Below, in pieces: positions 1 to 8,471 of a stretch of 49,363 nucleotides of DNA. The position numbers were made by a program, and so were the translations under genes. A model generated the notes under the pieces. The model was given only the letters and a program-made list of their open reading frames with translations, was not told the origin of the DNA and ran no database searches. The stretch comes from Candidatus Aenigmatarchaeota archaeon (GTDB lineage Archaea > Aenigmatarchaeota > Aenigmatarchaeia > CG10238-14 > SCSR01), in contig JAWCSL010000005.1 of NCBI GenBank assembly GCA_039090665.1, forward strand, positions 1-49,363, written 5' to 3'. Within the stretch, counting starts at the first letter, position 1. The number at the start of each line of letters is the position of its first letter.

Positions 1-450
1 GCTCAATTTTTTCTCTCATATTATAGAAATGTGGAAGAAAATATTTTACTTTTCAAGGAGAATTTCTCAAATATGGAAATTGCTGAAGCTTTTGGAAGGG
101 CTGTAAATGTAGCGCAAAAAAGGGGGTTGGAGAAAGGCTTAGAAATTTTGGGCTTAACGAGCAAAAAAATTGAAGCTTTAATCAAAAAGAAAAATTTTTT
201 GGTTGAATGCAAAGATTTTGATATCGTGATTGACAAAAAAGATATGCTGAAGCAGCTAAACCTTTACTTGTGTGACAAAAAGTGGAGCAAGAAGCTGCTA
301 GCAAGTTTGCAAAAATCTTCTGATTTCAAGTCAATGGTTATTTTACTTGGAAAAATTTCAATTTCAAAAAAAGTTTATGAGCTCAGGTTGGGAGCTTTTG
401 GTATTCCAAGCTCAGAGCTTGTTAAGGCTGTGTTAAAATTCAAGAAATAG
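1..450 (+). CDS. Hypothetical protein, probably 5'-truncated by the window edge
   Basis: The frame of ORF 31..450 stays open back to position 1 (AQFFLSYYRN-VEENILL...); no recognisable motif. Confidence 0.6.
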   Translation, partial: AQFFLSYYRNVEENILLFKENFSNMEIAEAFGRAVNVAQKRGLEKGLEILGLTSKKIEALIKKKNFLVECKDFDIVIDKKDMLKQLNLYLCDKKWSKKLLASLQKSSDFKSMVILLGKISISKKVYELRLGAFGIPSSELVKAVLKFKK

Positions 451-943
451 ATTTTATCAATTCTTCTGGAAGCTTCTCTCTGTTTCTCGAAGTTACTTCA
501 ATAACTTCACCAAACTGCCTGAACTGTTTAACAAAATTTCTATGAAGTACTGCAATCAAAGGCTTGTCTAAAAGAACTAAAGCAAAAATCTTTTTCTTAA
601 AATTTTCGCTGAAGAATTCCATCTTTCCGATTTCATCTATAGCAACAACATCACACTTTTCAATCGCAAAATCTATTGCAGGCAAAGCAACTTTTTCAAA
701 AGCTTCTACATCAATTCCATACTTCCCAAGCTTTGGCTCAATTTTGAAATCAACACTTGCAAAAACTTCCATGGCTTGAGAAAAAACATCTTTAACATAA
801 AAACCAACTCTTTTTCCTTCTTCTCTTATCTCTGGAGTAACTATTCCGCCAACTTTCAATCCTTTACTCTTGAGCAACTCAATTGCCTTAAGCAAAACTG
901 TTGATTTGCCGGAGCCTGCTCTACCTGTCAAAAAAATTTTCAT
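440..943 (-). CDS. NTPase_1 / THEP1-family nucleoside triphosphatase
   Basis: N-terminal P-loop LTGRAGSGKST, GGIVTPEIRE, Walker B VVAIDEIGKME. Confidence 0.92.
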   Translation of the reverse strand: MKIFLTGRAGSGKSTVLLKAIELLKSKGLKVGGIVTPEIREEGKRVGFYVKDVFSQAMEVFASVDFKIEPKLGKYGIDVEAFEKVALPAIDFAIEKCDVVAIDEIGKMEFFSENFKKKIFALVLLDKPLIAVLHRNFVKQFRQFGEVIEVTSRNREKLPEELIKSIS

Positions 944-1127
944 AATCTAAATTTAGCTTGAATTTAAAAGAAGTTTAACCTTCAGTTTCTTGTGTCATTA
1001 TAGACTTTAAAATCTCGTCTCTCTTTTTCATATTTTTCTCTAAGCTTAGATTTTTTAAAATTTTAAAAACCTAATAGCGGGGCCTGGATTTGAACCAGGG
1101 ACCTCCGGGTTATGAGCCCGGCGAGCA

Positions 1128-1138
1128 TTCTGTCAAAA
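1128..1138 (-). other. 11-nt relaxed BHB/BHL intron in the D-loop of tRNA-iMet
   Basis: CTGG[AG^T]TTTG ACAG[AA^T]GCTC; excision of TTTTGACAGAA restores a normal D-loop; central helix has 3 of 4 pairs. Confidence 0.8.
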
Positions 1139-1153
1139 CTCCAGGCTGCTCCA

Positions 1154-1176
1154 TTGCGGTTTCCTTTATTGGAAAT
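1154..1176 (-). other. 23-nt BHB intron at tRNA position 7/8
   Basis: GCGG[GG^A]TTTCC-AATAAA-GGAAA CCGC[AA^T]GGAGC: 4-bp central helix and two 3-nt bulges; cutting after the 2nd bulge nucleotide restores AGCGGGG|TGGAGC. Confidence 0.88.
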
Positions 1177-1235
1177 CCCCGCTAGAGCTTATGCCTTTCA
1201 TTGTCCCCGCTATTTGAATTAAATTGATGTTCGCT

Positions 1236-1250
1236 AATTTAAATCTTTAT
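1236..1250 (-). promoter_or_regulatory. BRE/TATA box of tRNA-iMet
   Basis: Minus strand ATAAAGA-TTTAAATT, about 30 nt upstream of position ~1212. Confidence 0.55.
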
Positions 1251-1347
1251 CAAAAGGCTAATCATTTTTCATTCTCCTTTTACTCTATCCGAATCATAGT
1301 TCAGTCTGGAGGGAAACTTTTTTAAATAATTTCCCTATATATAATAC

Positions 1348-2655
1348 ATGATAATGAGGGATGTTTGGATAAGAATAATTAAAGATTTCAAGGAGTTTGA
1401 GCTACCAAAAATCATAGAAAGAGAAAAAACTATAAAGACAGAAATACCGATAAAAAGAGTAATTTCGATAATAGGACCGAGAAGGGTAGGAAAAACTTAT
1501 TTCATGTTCCAGCAAATAAGAAAACTTTTGGATGATGGTGTGGAAAAAGAAAGAATTCTTTACGTGAATTTTGAAAGCGATTTGCTTATAGGAGCCACTG
1601 TTGATGATTTAAGAAACATGATGGAAATTTTCTATGAAATATATCCAGAAAATAAAAAAAAGAAAGTTTATCTATTTTTCGATGAAATTCAAAACATTCC
1701 TGGCTGGGAAAGATTTGTAAGAAGTATTATGGATTCAGAAAATGTTCAGATATTTGTTTCAGGATCTTCTTCAAAGTTATTATCAAAAGAGGTGGCTACA
1801 ATGATGAGGGGTAGGAGCTTACCTTATTATATTTTTCCCTTTAGTTTCAAAGAATTTCTCAAAGCCAAAGAGTTTAAACTCGGAAAATATCTTTCATCTT
1901 CACAAAAAGCAAAGCTCATGAACTTATTGACAGAGTATGTAAATTTTGGTGGATATCCTGAAGCTGTGCTATACCCTGAAGAAAGAGAAAAAATTCTCAG
2001 AGAAATTTTAGATGTAACCATTTACAGAGACATAACAGAAAGATTTGGAATTAAAAACATTAAATTAGTAAAGCTTCTTTTTAGACATTTAACTTCTTCC
2101 ACTTTTTTTTCTGTTCACAGCTTTTTCAATTATATAAAATCTTTCGGAATGAAAGTCAGTAAGAACACTCTTTACAACTATTCAGAATATTTTTCAGATG
2201 CTTTAGTTGTGATATTTTTAAGGAAATTTTCCAAGTCTTATAAAGAGATTGAACAAACAAAACCAAAGATATATTTCATTGACAATGGCCTTCTCTATAT
2301 CAATGGAGTTGAAAGTAAAAGTAAATTGATGGAAAACCTTGTTTTAGTTGAAATAGTCAAAAAGGGTTTTTTGCCGAATGAAAATATCTTTTACTACCAG
2401 AAAAATAATCATGAAGTTGACTTTATAATAATAGAAAAAATGAAAGCCAAAAAATTGATTCAAGTTTGTTACGATTTGAGTGACATAGAAACAAAGAAAA
2501 GGGAAATCAAAAGTTTGGTAAATGCAATGAAAGAATTTGGATTAAAAGAAGGGTTGATCATAACTATGGATTTTGAGGGTGAAGAAAAAGTTGATGGTAA
2601 GAAAATCATTTATGTACCTTTATGGAAGTGGCTCATTTCTTCTAATGAGTTTTAA
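1348..2655 (+). CDS. AAA_14 / DUF4143-family ATP-binding protein
   Basis: Walker A GPRRVGKT, Walker B LFFDEIQN, SGSSS, GGYPE, and C-terminal KIYFIDNG...ENLV...EVDF typical of the family. Confidence 0.9.
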   Translation: MIMRDVWIRIIKDFKEFELPKIIEREKTIKTEIPIKRVISIIGPRRVGKTYFMFQQIRKLLDDGVEKERILYVNFESDLLIGATVDDLRNMMEIFYEIYPENKKKKVYLFFDEIQNIPGWERFVRSIMDSENVQIFVSGSSSKLLSKEVATMMRGRSLPYYIFPFSFKEFLKAKEFKLGKYLSSSQKAKLMNLLTEYVNFGGYPEAVLYPEEREKILREILDVTIYRDITERFGIKNIKLVKLLFRHLTSSTFFSVHSFFNYIKSFGMKVSKNTLYNYSEYFSDALVVIFLRKFSKSYKEIEQTKPKIYFIDNGLLYINGVESKSKLMENLVLVEIVKKGFLPNENIFYYQKNNHEVDFIIIEKMKAKKLIQVCYDLSDIETKKREIKSLVNAMKEFGLKEGLIITMDFEGEEKVDGKKIIYVPLWKWLISSNEF

Positions 2656-2777
2656 ATTTTTTTATAAATTCACCCATCTGCAGAAGTTATAAGTTTTGTA
2701 GCTACTACTCTTTCTCCATTGCAGTTTCTTTATCGGAAATTAATTTAAATCTTTTTCTCCAAAAATTCCTTTATTTT

Positions 2778-3203
2778 CTAGACTCTTTCCAGATTTTTCT
2801 TTCTGTTGATCATGGAATAGACTTTAAGCTGATCTTCTAACCTTGAAACAGGAATTCCTAATTTTCCAATTTTCACAAAAACTGGTCTTTTTAGCCTCCA
2901 CGTCAATGAAACCCATCTCCCATAAACTTTAGCTTTCAGATCTCCCATTACTTCAACATCAATTCCCTCAACTCTAAACTTCCCAAAATGAGAAGAAAAA
3001 ACTCTTGATTTGCTAAACTTCACTGGTTTAACTTCATATTCTTTCAAAATTGAAGAAATCTTATAAGCTCCTTCTTTCGTTGTTAAGATGTCTATATCCT
3101 TTGGTTCAATTTCTACTCCTTGCAAAGCTAGACTTGCACTTCCTACAACCATCCATTCAACTTTTCTTCCAAGCAATTCACACAACCTTTCCAATACTTT
3201 CAA
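2778..3203 (-). CDS. Minimal nucleotidyltransferase-fold protein, possibly with a premature amber stop
   Basis: VVGSASLALQG...PKDIDIL (GS and DxD motif); the frame continues *KIKEFLEKKI* to 2745. Confidence 0.75.
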   Translation of the reverse strand: MKVLERLCELLGRKVEWMVVGSASLALQGVEIEPKDIDILTTKEGAYKISSILKEYEVKPVKFSKSRVFSSHFGKFRVEGIDVEVMGDLKAKVYGRWVSLTWRLKRPVFVKIGKLGIPVSRLEDQLKVYSMINRKKNLERV

Positions 3204-3352
3204 GAAATTTTTTCCACAGTTAATATTTCTCCTTTCCGGTCTTTAAATTTCACTCACCCCTTGAGTTCGAAATCTAAATCCTGAGCTTTTCTCCAGCTTC
3301 TCCTCATGAGCGAGATGAAAAAATTGGAAAAATCGCTCTTTGGGGTGAAAGC

Positions 3353-3616
3353 ATGAAGAAGAGTTTTTGGAAAGGCCTGACCTCGCTGCTCTGCACTGCA
3401 AGCGGAACAGGAATTGGCTACATGGCAGCTCAATGCGGCTCTCTAGCCTACATAGCCGGGAGAGAAATTTGGAATCTTGTTAACGGCTTGCCTATAACAC
3501 CGATTCCTGAATTGCTAAGGGATTATGCAGTTTACACTTCTACTGCTGCTCTGATTGGCGAGGTTAGCGGCTATGTTTTCCACAAAAAAATTTGGAAAGC
3601 CTTGGGGGGTGAGTGA
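3353..3616 (+). CDS. Small hypothetical membrane protein
   Basis: SD GGGGTGA at 3342-3348; two Gly/Ala-rich hydrophobic segments. Confidence 0.7.
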   Translation: MKKSFWKGLTSLLCTASGTGIGYMAAQCGSLAYIAGREIWNLVNGLPITPIPELLRDYAVYTSTAALIGEVSGYVFHKKIWKALGGE

Positions 3617-3898
3617 ATGGTGAAATTGAGTGAAATTGATATCGGTACTAAAGATTTGATTATTGCTTTGGGTTCTGCCCTCATTGGCTATTATGCGAGA
3701 AAGCCAATAGAAGAAATGAAAAAGGCTGAAAAAGAGAGTGATGCTCAACTCATAGGAAAAACAGCAGCACAGTATGTTGCTGCAGAACTCAGAAGCTTTG
3801 GAATTGGACCTGAAACTTACAGAGCAATAGACGAGTTAACACAAACTTTGAAAGAATTAAGAGAAGAGTTGAGAAAATACAGGGATAAAAATGGTTGA
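3617..3898 (+). CDS. Hypothetical protein with N-terminal TM and coiled coil
   Basis: SD GGGGTGA; LIIALGSALIGYY followed by charged heptads. Confidence 0.7.
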   Translation: MVKLSEIDIGTKDLIIALGSALIGYYARKPIEEMKKAEKESDAQLIGKTAAQYVAAELRSFGIGPETYRAIDELTQTLKELREELRKYRDKNG

Positions 3899-4079
3899 AG
3901 AAAATGAAATCATTTCGATGATATATGGTTTGCTTCAAGGCTTAAAAGCCTACAGGGAAGCTTACAACAAGCTGAACAATAAAGAGCAAGAAAACATGGA
4001 AATAAAGCTGGAAGAAGTAGTTGAAAAATACAAGCAGTTTGAAAAGTTACTCTATTTTCTTGGAAAGGTGATTAAATGA
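3891..4079 (+). CDS. Small helical hypothetical protein
   Basis: Overlaps or abuts its neighbours; typical codon usage. Confidence 0.6.
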   Translation: MVEENEIISMIYGLLQGLKAYREAYNKLNNKEQENMEIKLEEVVEKYKQFEKLLYFLGKVIK

Positions 4080-4484
4080 ATGAAAGAGTATCTCTCAAGA
4101 CTGATAGAGTATCAAGAATTGATGAAGGAAATTGAAATTGCAGGAGAAGAACATCTGAAGATCATCAAACAAAATCCCTCCAGCTACTTGAAAAAAATTG
4201 AAGAGCTTAGGACAAGAATTGCTTCTGATGTTTTCCTAGCTGCTGAAGATAAAGAAAAAATGCTTAAGAAGATTTCGAGCTACATGGAGCAGCTTGAACA
4301 AAAGAAAGATGAGCTAGATATGAATTCATTTTTGTTGGGCGCTCTTTTAATTCTTCTAGCAAAAGAAGGTATACTTCAAGAAGTGATTGAAAAAGTTGGG
4401 GAGGTGTTTGGCAGTGCCAACTCGCTATATTCACAAAAAGATTTCGAAAATCTTGTTGGGCAAATCTTGCGAGAAAACGAATAA
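4080..4484 (+). CDS. Helical hypothetical protein
   Basis: SD AGGTGA upstream; abuts the previous stop codon. Confidence 0.65.
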   Translation: MKEYLSRLIEYQELMKEIEIAGEEHLKIIKQNPSSYLKKIEELRTRIASDVFLAAEDKEKMLKKISSYMEQLEQKKDELDMNSFLLGALLILLAKEGILQEVIEKVGEVFGSANSLYSQKDFENLVGQILRENE

Positions 4485-4674
4485 AGTCATAGACTATCCT
4501 GTGAAATTTCTTGGTAGAAAACATAGGATTTTATTTCACGATCCTTTGTCTGCCTTAATTATTGGAATTGCTTATGATGGTGTAGAAGGTGCAGTTTCTG
4601 GCCTACTTCATATTGCAGTTGATAAAATTTGCTCAAGATATCATGTGGAAAAAATCTTAGATTACTTGCTTTAG
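4414..4674 (+). CDS. Small putative metal-binding/hydrolase-like protein
   Basis: SD GGAGGTG at 4400-4406 and GTG start; H...HRILFHD...HIAVD pattern resembling metal-dependent hydrolases. Confidence 0.6.
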   Translation: MPTRYIHKKISKILLGKSCEKTNKVIDYPVKFLGRKHRILFHDPLSALIIGIAYDGVEGAVSGLLHIAVDKICSRYHVEKILDYLL

Positions 4675-5571
4675 TCTAATTTGCATGAAATCAAAAGCGA
4701 CTTTTGAGTTTGGGAAAATCTTCTTTGCTTCTTCTTCTAATTCTTTTGCATCAGTGTAGCGCCTGCTTATGTGAGTTAAAATTAGTTGCTTGACATTAGC
4801 TTCTTTTGCTATTCTTGCAGCTTGTTTTACATCAGCATGAGCCTTCCCTTCTTCTTCTTCAAGAAAGGTTCCATCGTGAATGAGCAAATCAGCGTTTTTA
4901 GAAATTTCCAAAATATTATCACAAGGCTTAGTATCGCCAGAATAAACCACTTTCAACCCAGGTCTTAAATTTGCCACATCTTCTATCTTCACTTCCCTTC
5001 CCTTATATTCAACTTTTCCAAATTTTTTCAATTTCTTGAGCCAAGAACCACTTCTTAAACCAAGCTCTCTTAACTTTTTTGTGTCTATTTTCCATTTTGG
5101 TTTTTCTTGAAAACAATAAGCTACTGCCGGCACTGTATGTAAGACAGGAATTGAAAGAATTTGGTATTCTGGAGTTTCGTCTATAAGCATAGGTTTATTT
5201 CCTTCAAAAGGAACATTTATAGCTTCCACTGGAAATCTCAGCCCAAAATATCCCAAATCCAAAATATCTGAAACAAATTTTTCAGCTTCTGGTCCAAAAA
5301 TTTTCAGCTTAGATTTCCTTTTTTCCAAGCTCATAGTCTGTATCAAAGGAATTAAGCCTGAAAAATGATCAGCATGCCAATGTGTGATAAAAATTTTGTT
5401 TATTTTCATGAAGCTTATGTTTGATTGCATGAGTTGTTTTTGAGTTCCTTCCCCACAGTCAAAGAGCAAAGTATCTTTTTCTTCACCAAAATACTCTAGA
5501 GCTATTGCCGGATGATTTCTATCTTTACTTGGAATTCCTGAAACTGTACCTAAGAAAGTTATTTGAATCAT
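4657..5571 (-). CDS. rnz: Ribonuclease Z
   Basis: FLGT..PSKDRN, DCGEGTQ, THWHADH, SGDT, HDGT, LTHISRRY. Confidence 0.96.
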   Translation of the reverse strand: MIQITFLGTVSGIPSKDRNHPAIALEYFGEEKDTLLFDCGEGTQKQLMQSNISFMKINKIFITHWHADHFSGLIPLIQTMSLEKRKSKLKIFGPEAEKFVSDILDLGYFGLRFPVEAINVPFEGNKPMLIDETPEYQILSIPVLHTVPAVAYCFQEKPKWKIDTKKLRELGLRSGSWLKKLKKFGKVEYKGREVKIEDVANLRPGLKVVYSGDTKPCDNILEISKNADLLIHDGTFLEEEEGKAHADVKQAARIAKEANVKQLILTHISRRYTDAKELEEEAKKIFPNSKVAFDFMQIRLKQVI

Positions 5572-6998
5572 GCAAGATTCTCCTTTTCAAAATATTTCCT
5601 CAAGAAAACACCAAACCCTTTATCCTTGTTAACAATTTCAATTATCCTTTCTATATCTGAAATTATTTCAAAACCCTTTGATATTTGTTCAGCTATGTTG
5701 CCGGGGATTCCCTTTGCTTTAAGAATACTTACATCAACACTTAAGCTATCGAAAAGCTTCTCTTTAGCTGTCATGAATTTTCTTTTAATCTCAACAACCC
5801 AATTCCTTCCTTCAATAAACGGCCCATTTATAGCCAGGTCTTTGTATTTCTCCAAAAATTTGTTTGAATCATCCAGATTAAAAACTTCTGGCCCGATTTT
5901 CTTCTGTACAGCAGGTAAATTTGAAACTTCCATCTCAAGCAAAACTACAGCCAAATCTTTTTCGTTTGTATAGCAATCTTTCCTCAAAACTTTGAACTCA
6001 TACTTGGTTTCTTCCAAAATGCTTTCCAATCTTTCCGCAAATTTTCTTAATTGAGGCCAAAGTATATCAGGGACAACATTTGGTGGAGAAAACTTTATCA
6101 AAATAAGCTCTGTTTTTCTTTCCAAAATTTTTTCTCTAAGTTCCTTTTCCGAAATTACTTTTATTTCACTTTCAAAAAACATCTCTTCTCTTGGATTTTC
6201 CAGAAATTCTTTTGCCAGTTTCTTAAATTTGAAAAAATTTTCTGGTGATAAAGCTGCTGCTGTGTTTCTATTTTTGTCGGTTGGATCAATTAAAATTAAA
6301 ACTTGCTTGGGAAACATTTTCTTGAGCTTGAAATAATCTTCTTTCTTGTAGAATTTCTCCAGATCTATTATTTCACCAGGATTCCATTTCAATGCTTGCT
6401 CCAACACATTCACAAAACTTTTGTACTTGATAACTAAAAGCTCACACACATAACCAGAAAAACCTTCTGTTTTTGCATCAGCACCATATAGCTTGTTTGC
6501 AGTTAAAAATTGCTTCAACAGCCTGACTTGATCTGAAAGTTTTAGAGGTAAGTTCTTCTTAAGATACTTCACATGAAATGGTGTTCTATCAACTGCTGAT
6601 TTTAGATTTTCTGTTGTTTTTACATCAAAACAAGGTACTATATCCACTTCTATTCCTTCAACATTTCCAGAAACATATGGATGTTGAGCGTATTCTATCC
6701 TGAAATTTCCATTCAAACTTTTTATTATCCTCTTTCCCAGTTCAAGACCTCTTTTCTCCAATTGTTCCACACTTATCTCTGGTGGAAAAAGAATGAAAAT
6801 ATCGAACTCTTTTTTTCCTGGAAGCCACGTATCTCTAGTCACACTACCAGCAACCAGTGGTTTTGCTTTAAATTTCTTGGCTTCTTTTTTTGCAATTCTT
6901 AAACATTTTTTAAGAACAGAATTGAGTTTTCTCTTCTCTTCTTCAGAGGGCCTAATTTTTTTCAAAACATTTTTAAGAATTCTAGAATAACTGGCCAT
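5568..6998 (-). CDS. cca: CCA-adding enzyme (archaeal class I)
   Basis: GSVTRDTWL..EFDIF, YAQHPY, SAVDRTPFH, GFSGY, DPTDKNRN. Confidence 0.95.
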   Translation of the reverse strand: MASYSRILKNVLKKIRPSEEEKRKLNSVLKKCLRIAKKEAKKFKAKPLVAGSVTRDTWLPGKKEFDIFILFPPEISVEQLEKRGLELGKRIIKSLNGNFRIEYAQHPYVSGNVEGIEVDIVPCFDVKTTENLKSAVDRTPFHVKYLKKNLPLKLSDQVRLLKQFLTANKLYGADAKTEGFSGYVCELLVIKYKSFVNVLEQALKWNPGEIIDLEKFYKKEDYFKLKKMFPKQVLILIDPTDKNRNTAAALSPENFFKFKKLAKEFLENPREEMFFESEIKVISEKELREKILERKTELILIKFSPPNVVPDILWPQLRKFAERLESILEETKYEFKVLRKDCYTNEKDLAVVLLEMEVSNLPAVQKKIGPEVFNLDDSNKFLEKYKDLAINGPFIEGRNWVVEIKRKFMTAKEKLFDSLSVDVSILKAKGIPGNIAEQISKGFEIISDIERIIEIVNKDKGFGVFLRKYFEKENLA

Positions 6999-7126
6999 AA
7001 TTAACAATAGGTTTGAGAAAAATAAAAGTAATGAAGGAGTTTGTTCTAGCTTATTTTTTGTAGAAAAAAAAATTCACTACTTCAAAATAGTAAAGTTTAA
7101 ATATTAGTACCACTAAATAGTAACAT

Positions 7127-7282
7127 ATGAGTAGGGATAAAGAAGAAGTAAAGTTTTATGAAGAGCAACTTTACGAAGCTAAGCAAGCCTTGTTTGCAGC
7201 CAGAACAATAAAACAAGCTAGGTTTTTACAAAACAGGATAAAATTTTTAACAGAAATGATAAAAGAAGCTAAAAAGAAATAA
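7127..7282 (+). CDS. 51-aa hypothetical helical protein (not in the ORF track)
   Basis: MSRDKEEVKFYEEQLYEAKQALFAARTIKQARFLQNRIKFLTEMIKEAKKK; TTTAAATA box at 7096-7103 fits a leaderless transcript. Confidence 0.7.
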   Translation: MSRDKEEVKFYEEQLYEAKQALFAARTIKQARFLQNRIKFLTEMIKEAKKK

Positions 7283-7340
7283 AAGTTTTCTTTTTATATT
7301 TTTCACGACAAAAATCTTTTTAAATTTTTTTGACTTAATT

Positions 7341-8471
7341 TTGGGTTGGGTCTTGCTTCAAGCGGTTTTAGCATTAGAAGATGGAACAATTTTCAAGGGT
7401 GAAGGCTTCGGTTATCCTTGCGAAGCTTATGGCGAAGTTGTATTTAACACTAGTATGGTTGGTTACACAGAATCTCTGACAGATCCTTCCTACAGAGGCC
7501 AAATATTAACTCAAACCTGGATTTTAATAGGAAACTATGGTGTACCCCCTTTTTCTTTAATCGATAAATTTAACTTTCCATTACATTTTGAGTCAGAAAG
7601 AATACAAGTAAGAGGATATGTGGTTCAAGAAATTGTAAAAAGACCTAGCCACTGGTCAAACAATAAAAGCTTGGATGAATGGTTGTTTGAGCAAAAGATT
7701 CCTGGAATAGAAGGAATAGATACTCGTGAGTTAACAAAAAAACTAAGGAGTAAAGGTGTGATGCTTGGAATATTGAAAGTTGATGAGAAAATTGATGTTG
7801 AAGAAATAAGAGAAAAAATAAAGGAGATTGAAGATCCAAACAAAAGAGATTTAGTAAAGGAAGTGAGTGTAGAAAAACCAATAGAATACAATAGCGACTC
7901 ACCTCTTGTAGTGGTGATAGATTGTGGTGTGAAATTTGGAATATTAAGGAATTTGGCAGCAAGGAATGTTGGTTTAGTAAGAGTGCCTTATGACTATCCT
8001 GTAGAAAAAATTTTAGATTATGAGCCTTCAGGTATTCTCATTTCCAACGGTCCTGGAGATCCAAAAATATGTGAAAAAACAATCCAAACTGTAAAAGAAC
8101 TATTGGAAACAGATTTACCAATCATGGGAATTTGTCTTGGTTGCCAAATTCTTGCTTTGGCAGCAGGTGCTGAGACTTTCAAGCTAAAGTTCGGGCATCG
8201 TGGATCAAACCATCCTGTTCTTGATTTGTTTACCAAAAGATGCTACATCACAAGCCAAAATCATGGATATGCTGTAGATCCAAATAGCTTAAAAGAAACT
8301 GAATTCGAAATTCAATTCATAAATGCAAATGACAAGAGTGTTGAAGGAATAAAACACAAGAAAAAACCAATATTTGCAACTCAATTCCATCCAGAAGCTT
8401 CTCCTGGACCTTATGAAACTGAATTTTTGTTCGATTTGTTTGTGAAGGAGGTGAGGAAATATAAGAGATGA
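7341..8471 (+). CDS. carA: Carbamoyl-phosphate synthase small subunit
   Basis: LEDGT, GEVVFNT, SNGPGDP, GICLG nucleophile, QFHPE; the start may be the TTG at 7353. Confidence 0.97.
   Translation: MGWVLLQAVLALEDGTIFKGEGFGYPCEAYGEVVFNTSMVGYTESLTDPSYRGQILTQTWILIGNYGVPPFSLIDKFNFPLHFESERIQVRGYVVQEIVKRPSHWSNNKSLDEWLFEQKIPGIEGIDTRELTKKLRSKGVMLGILKVDEKIDVEEIREKIKEIEDPNKRDLVKEVSVEKPIEYNSDSPLVVVIDCGVKFGILRNLAARNVGLVRVPYDYPVEKILDYEPSGILISNGPGDPKICEKTIQTVKELLETDLPIMGICLGCQILALAAGAETFKLKFGHRGSNHPVLDLFTKRCYITSQNHGYAVDPNSLKETEFEIQFINANDKSVEGIKHKKKPIFATQFHPEASPGPYETEFLFDLFVKEVRKYKR

Larger units (their letters stand above)
1075..1183 (-). tRNA. Initiator tRNA-Met(CAT) with two non-canonical introns
   Basis: Removing 1154-1176 and 1128-1138 gives AGCGGGG TG GAGC AGCCTGGAGT GCTC G CCGGG CTCATAA CCCGG AGGTC CCTGG TTCAAAT CCAGG CCCCGCT A: A1-U72 pair and three consecutive G-C anticodon-stem pairs; no encoded CCA. 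Confidence 0.93.
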
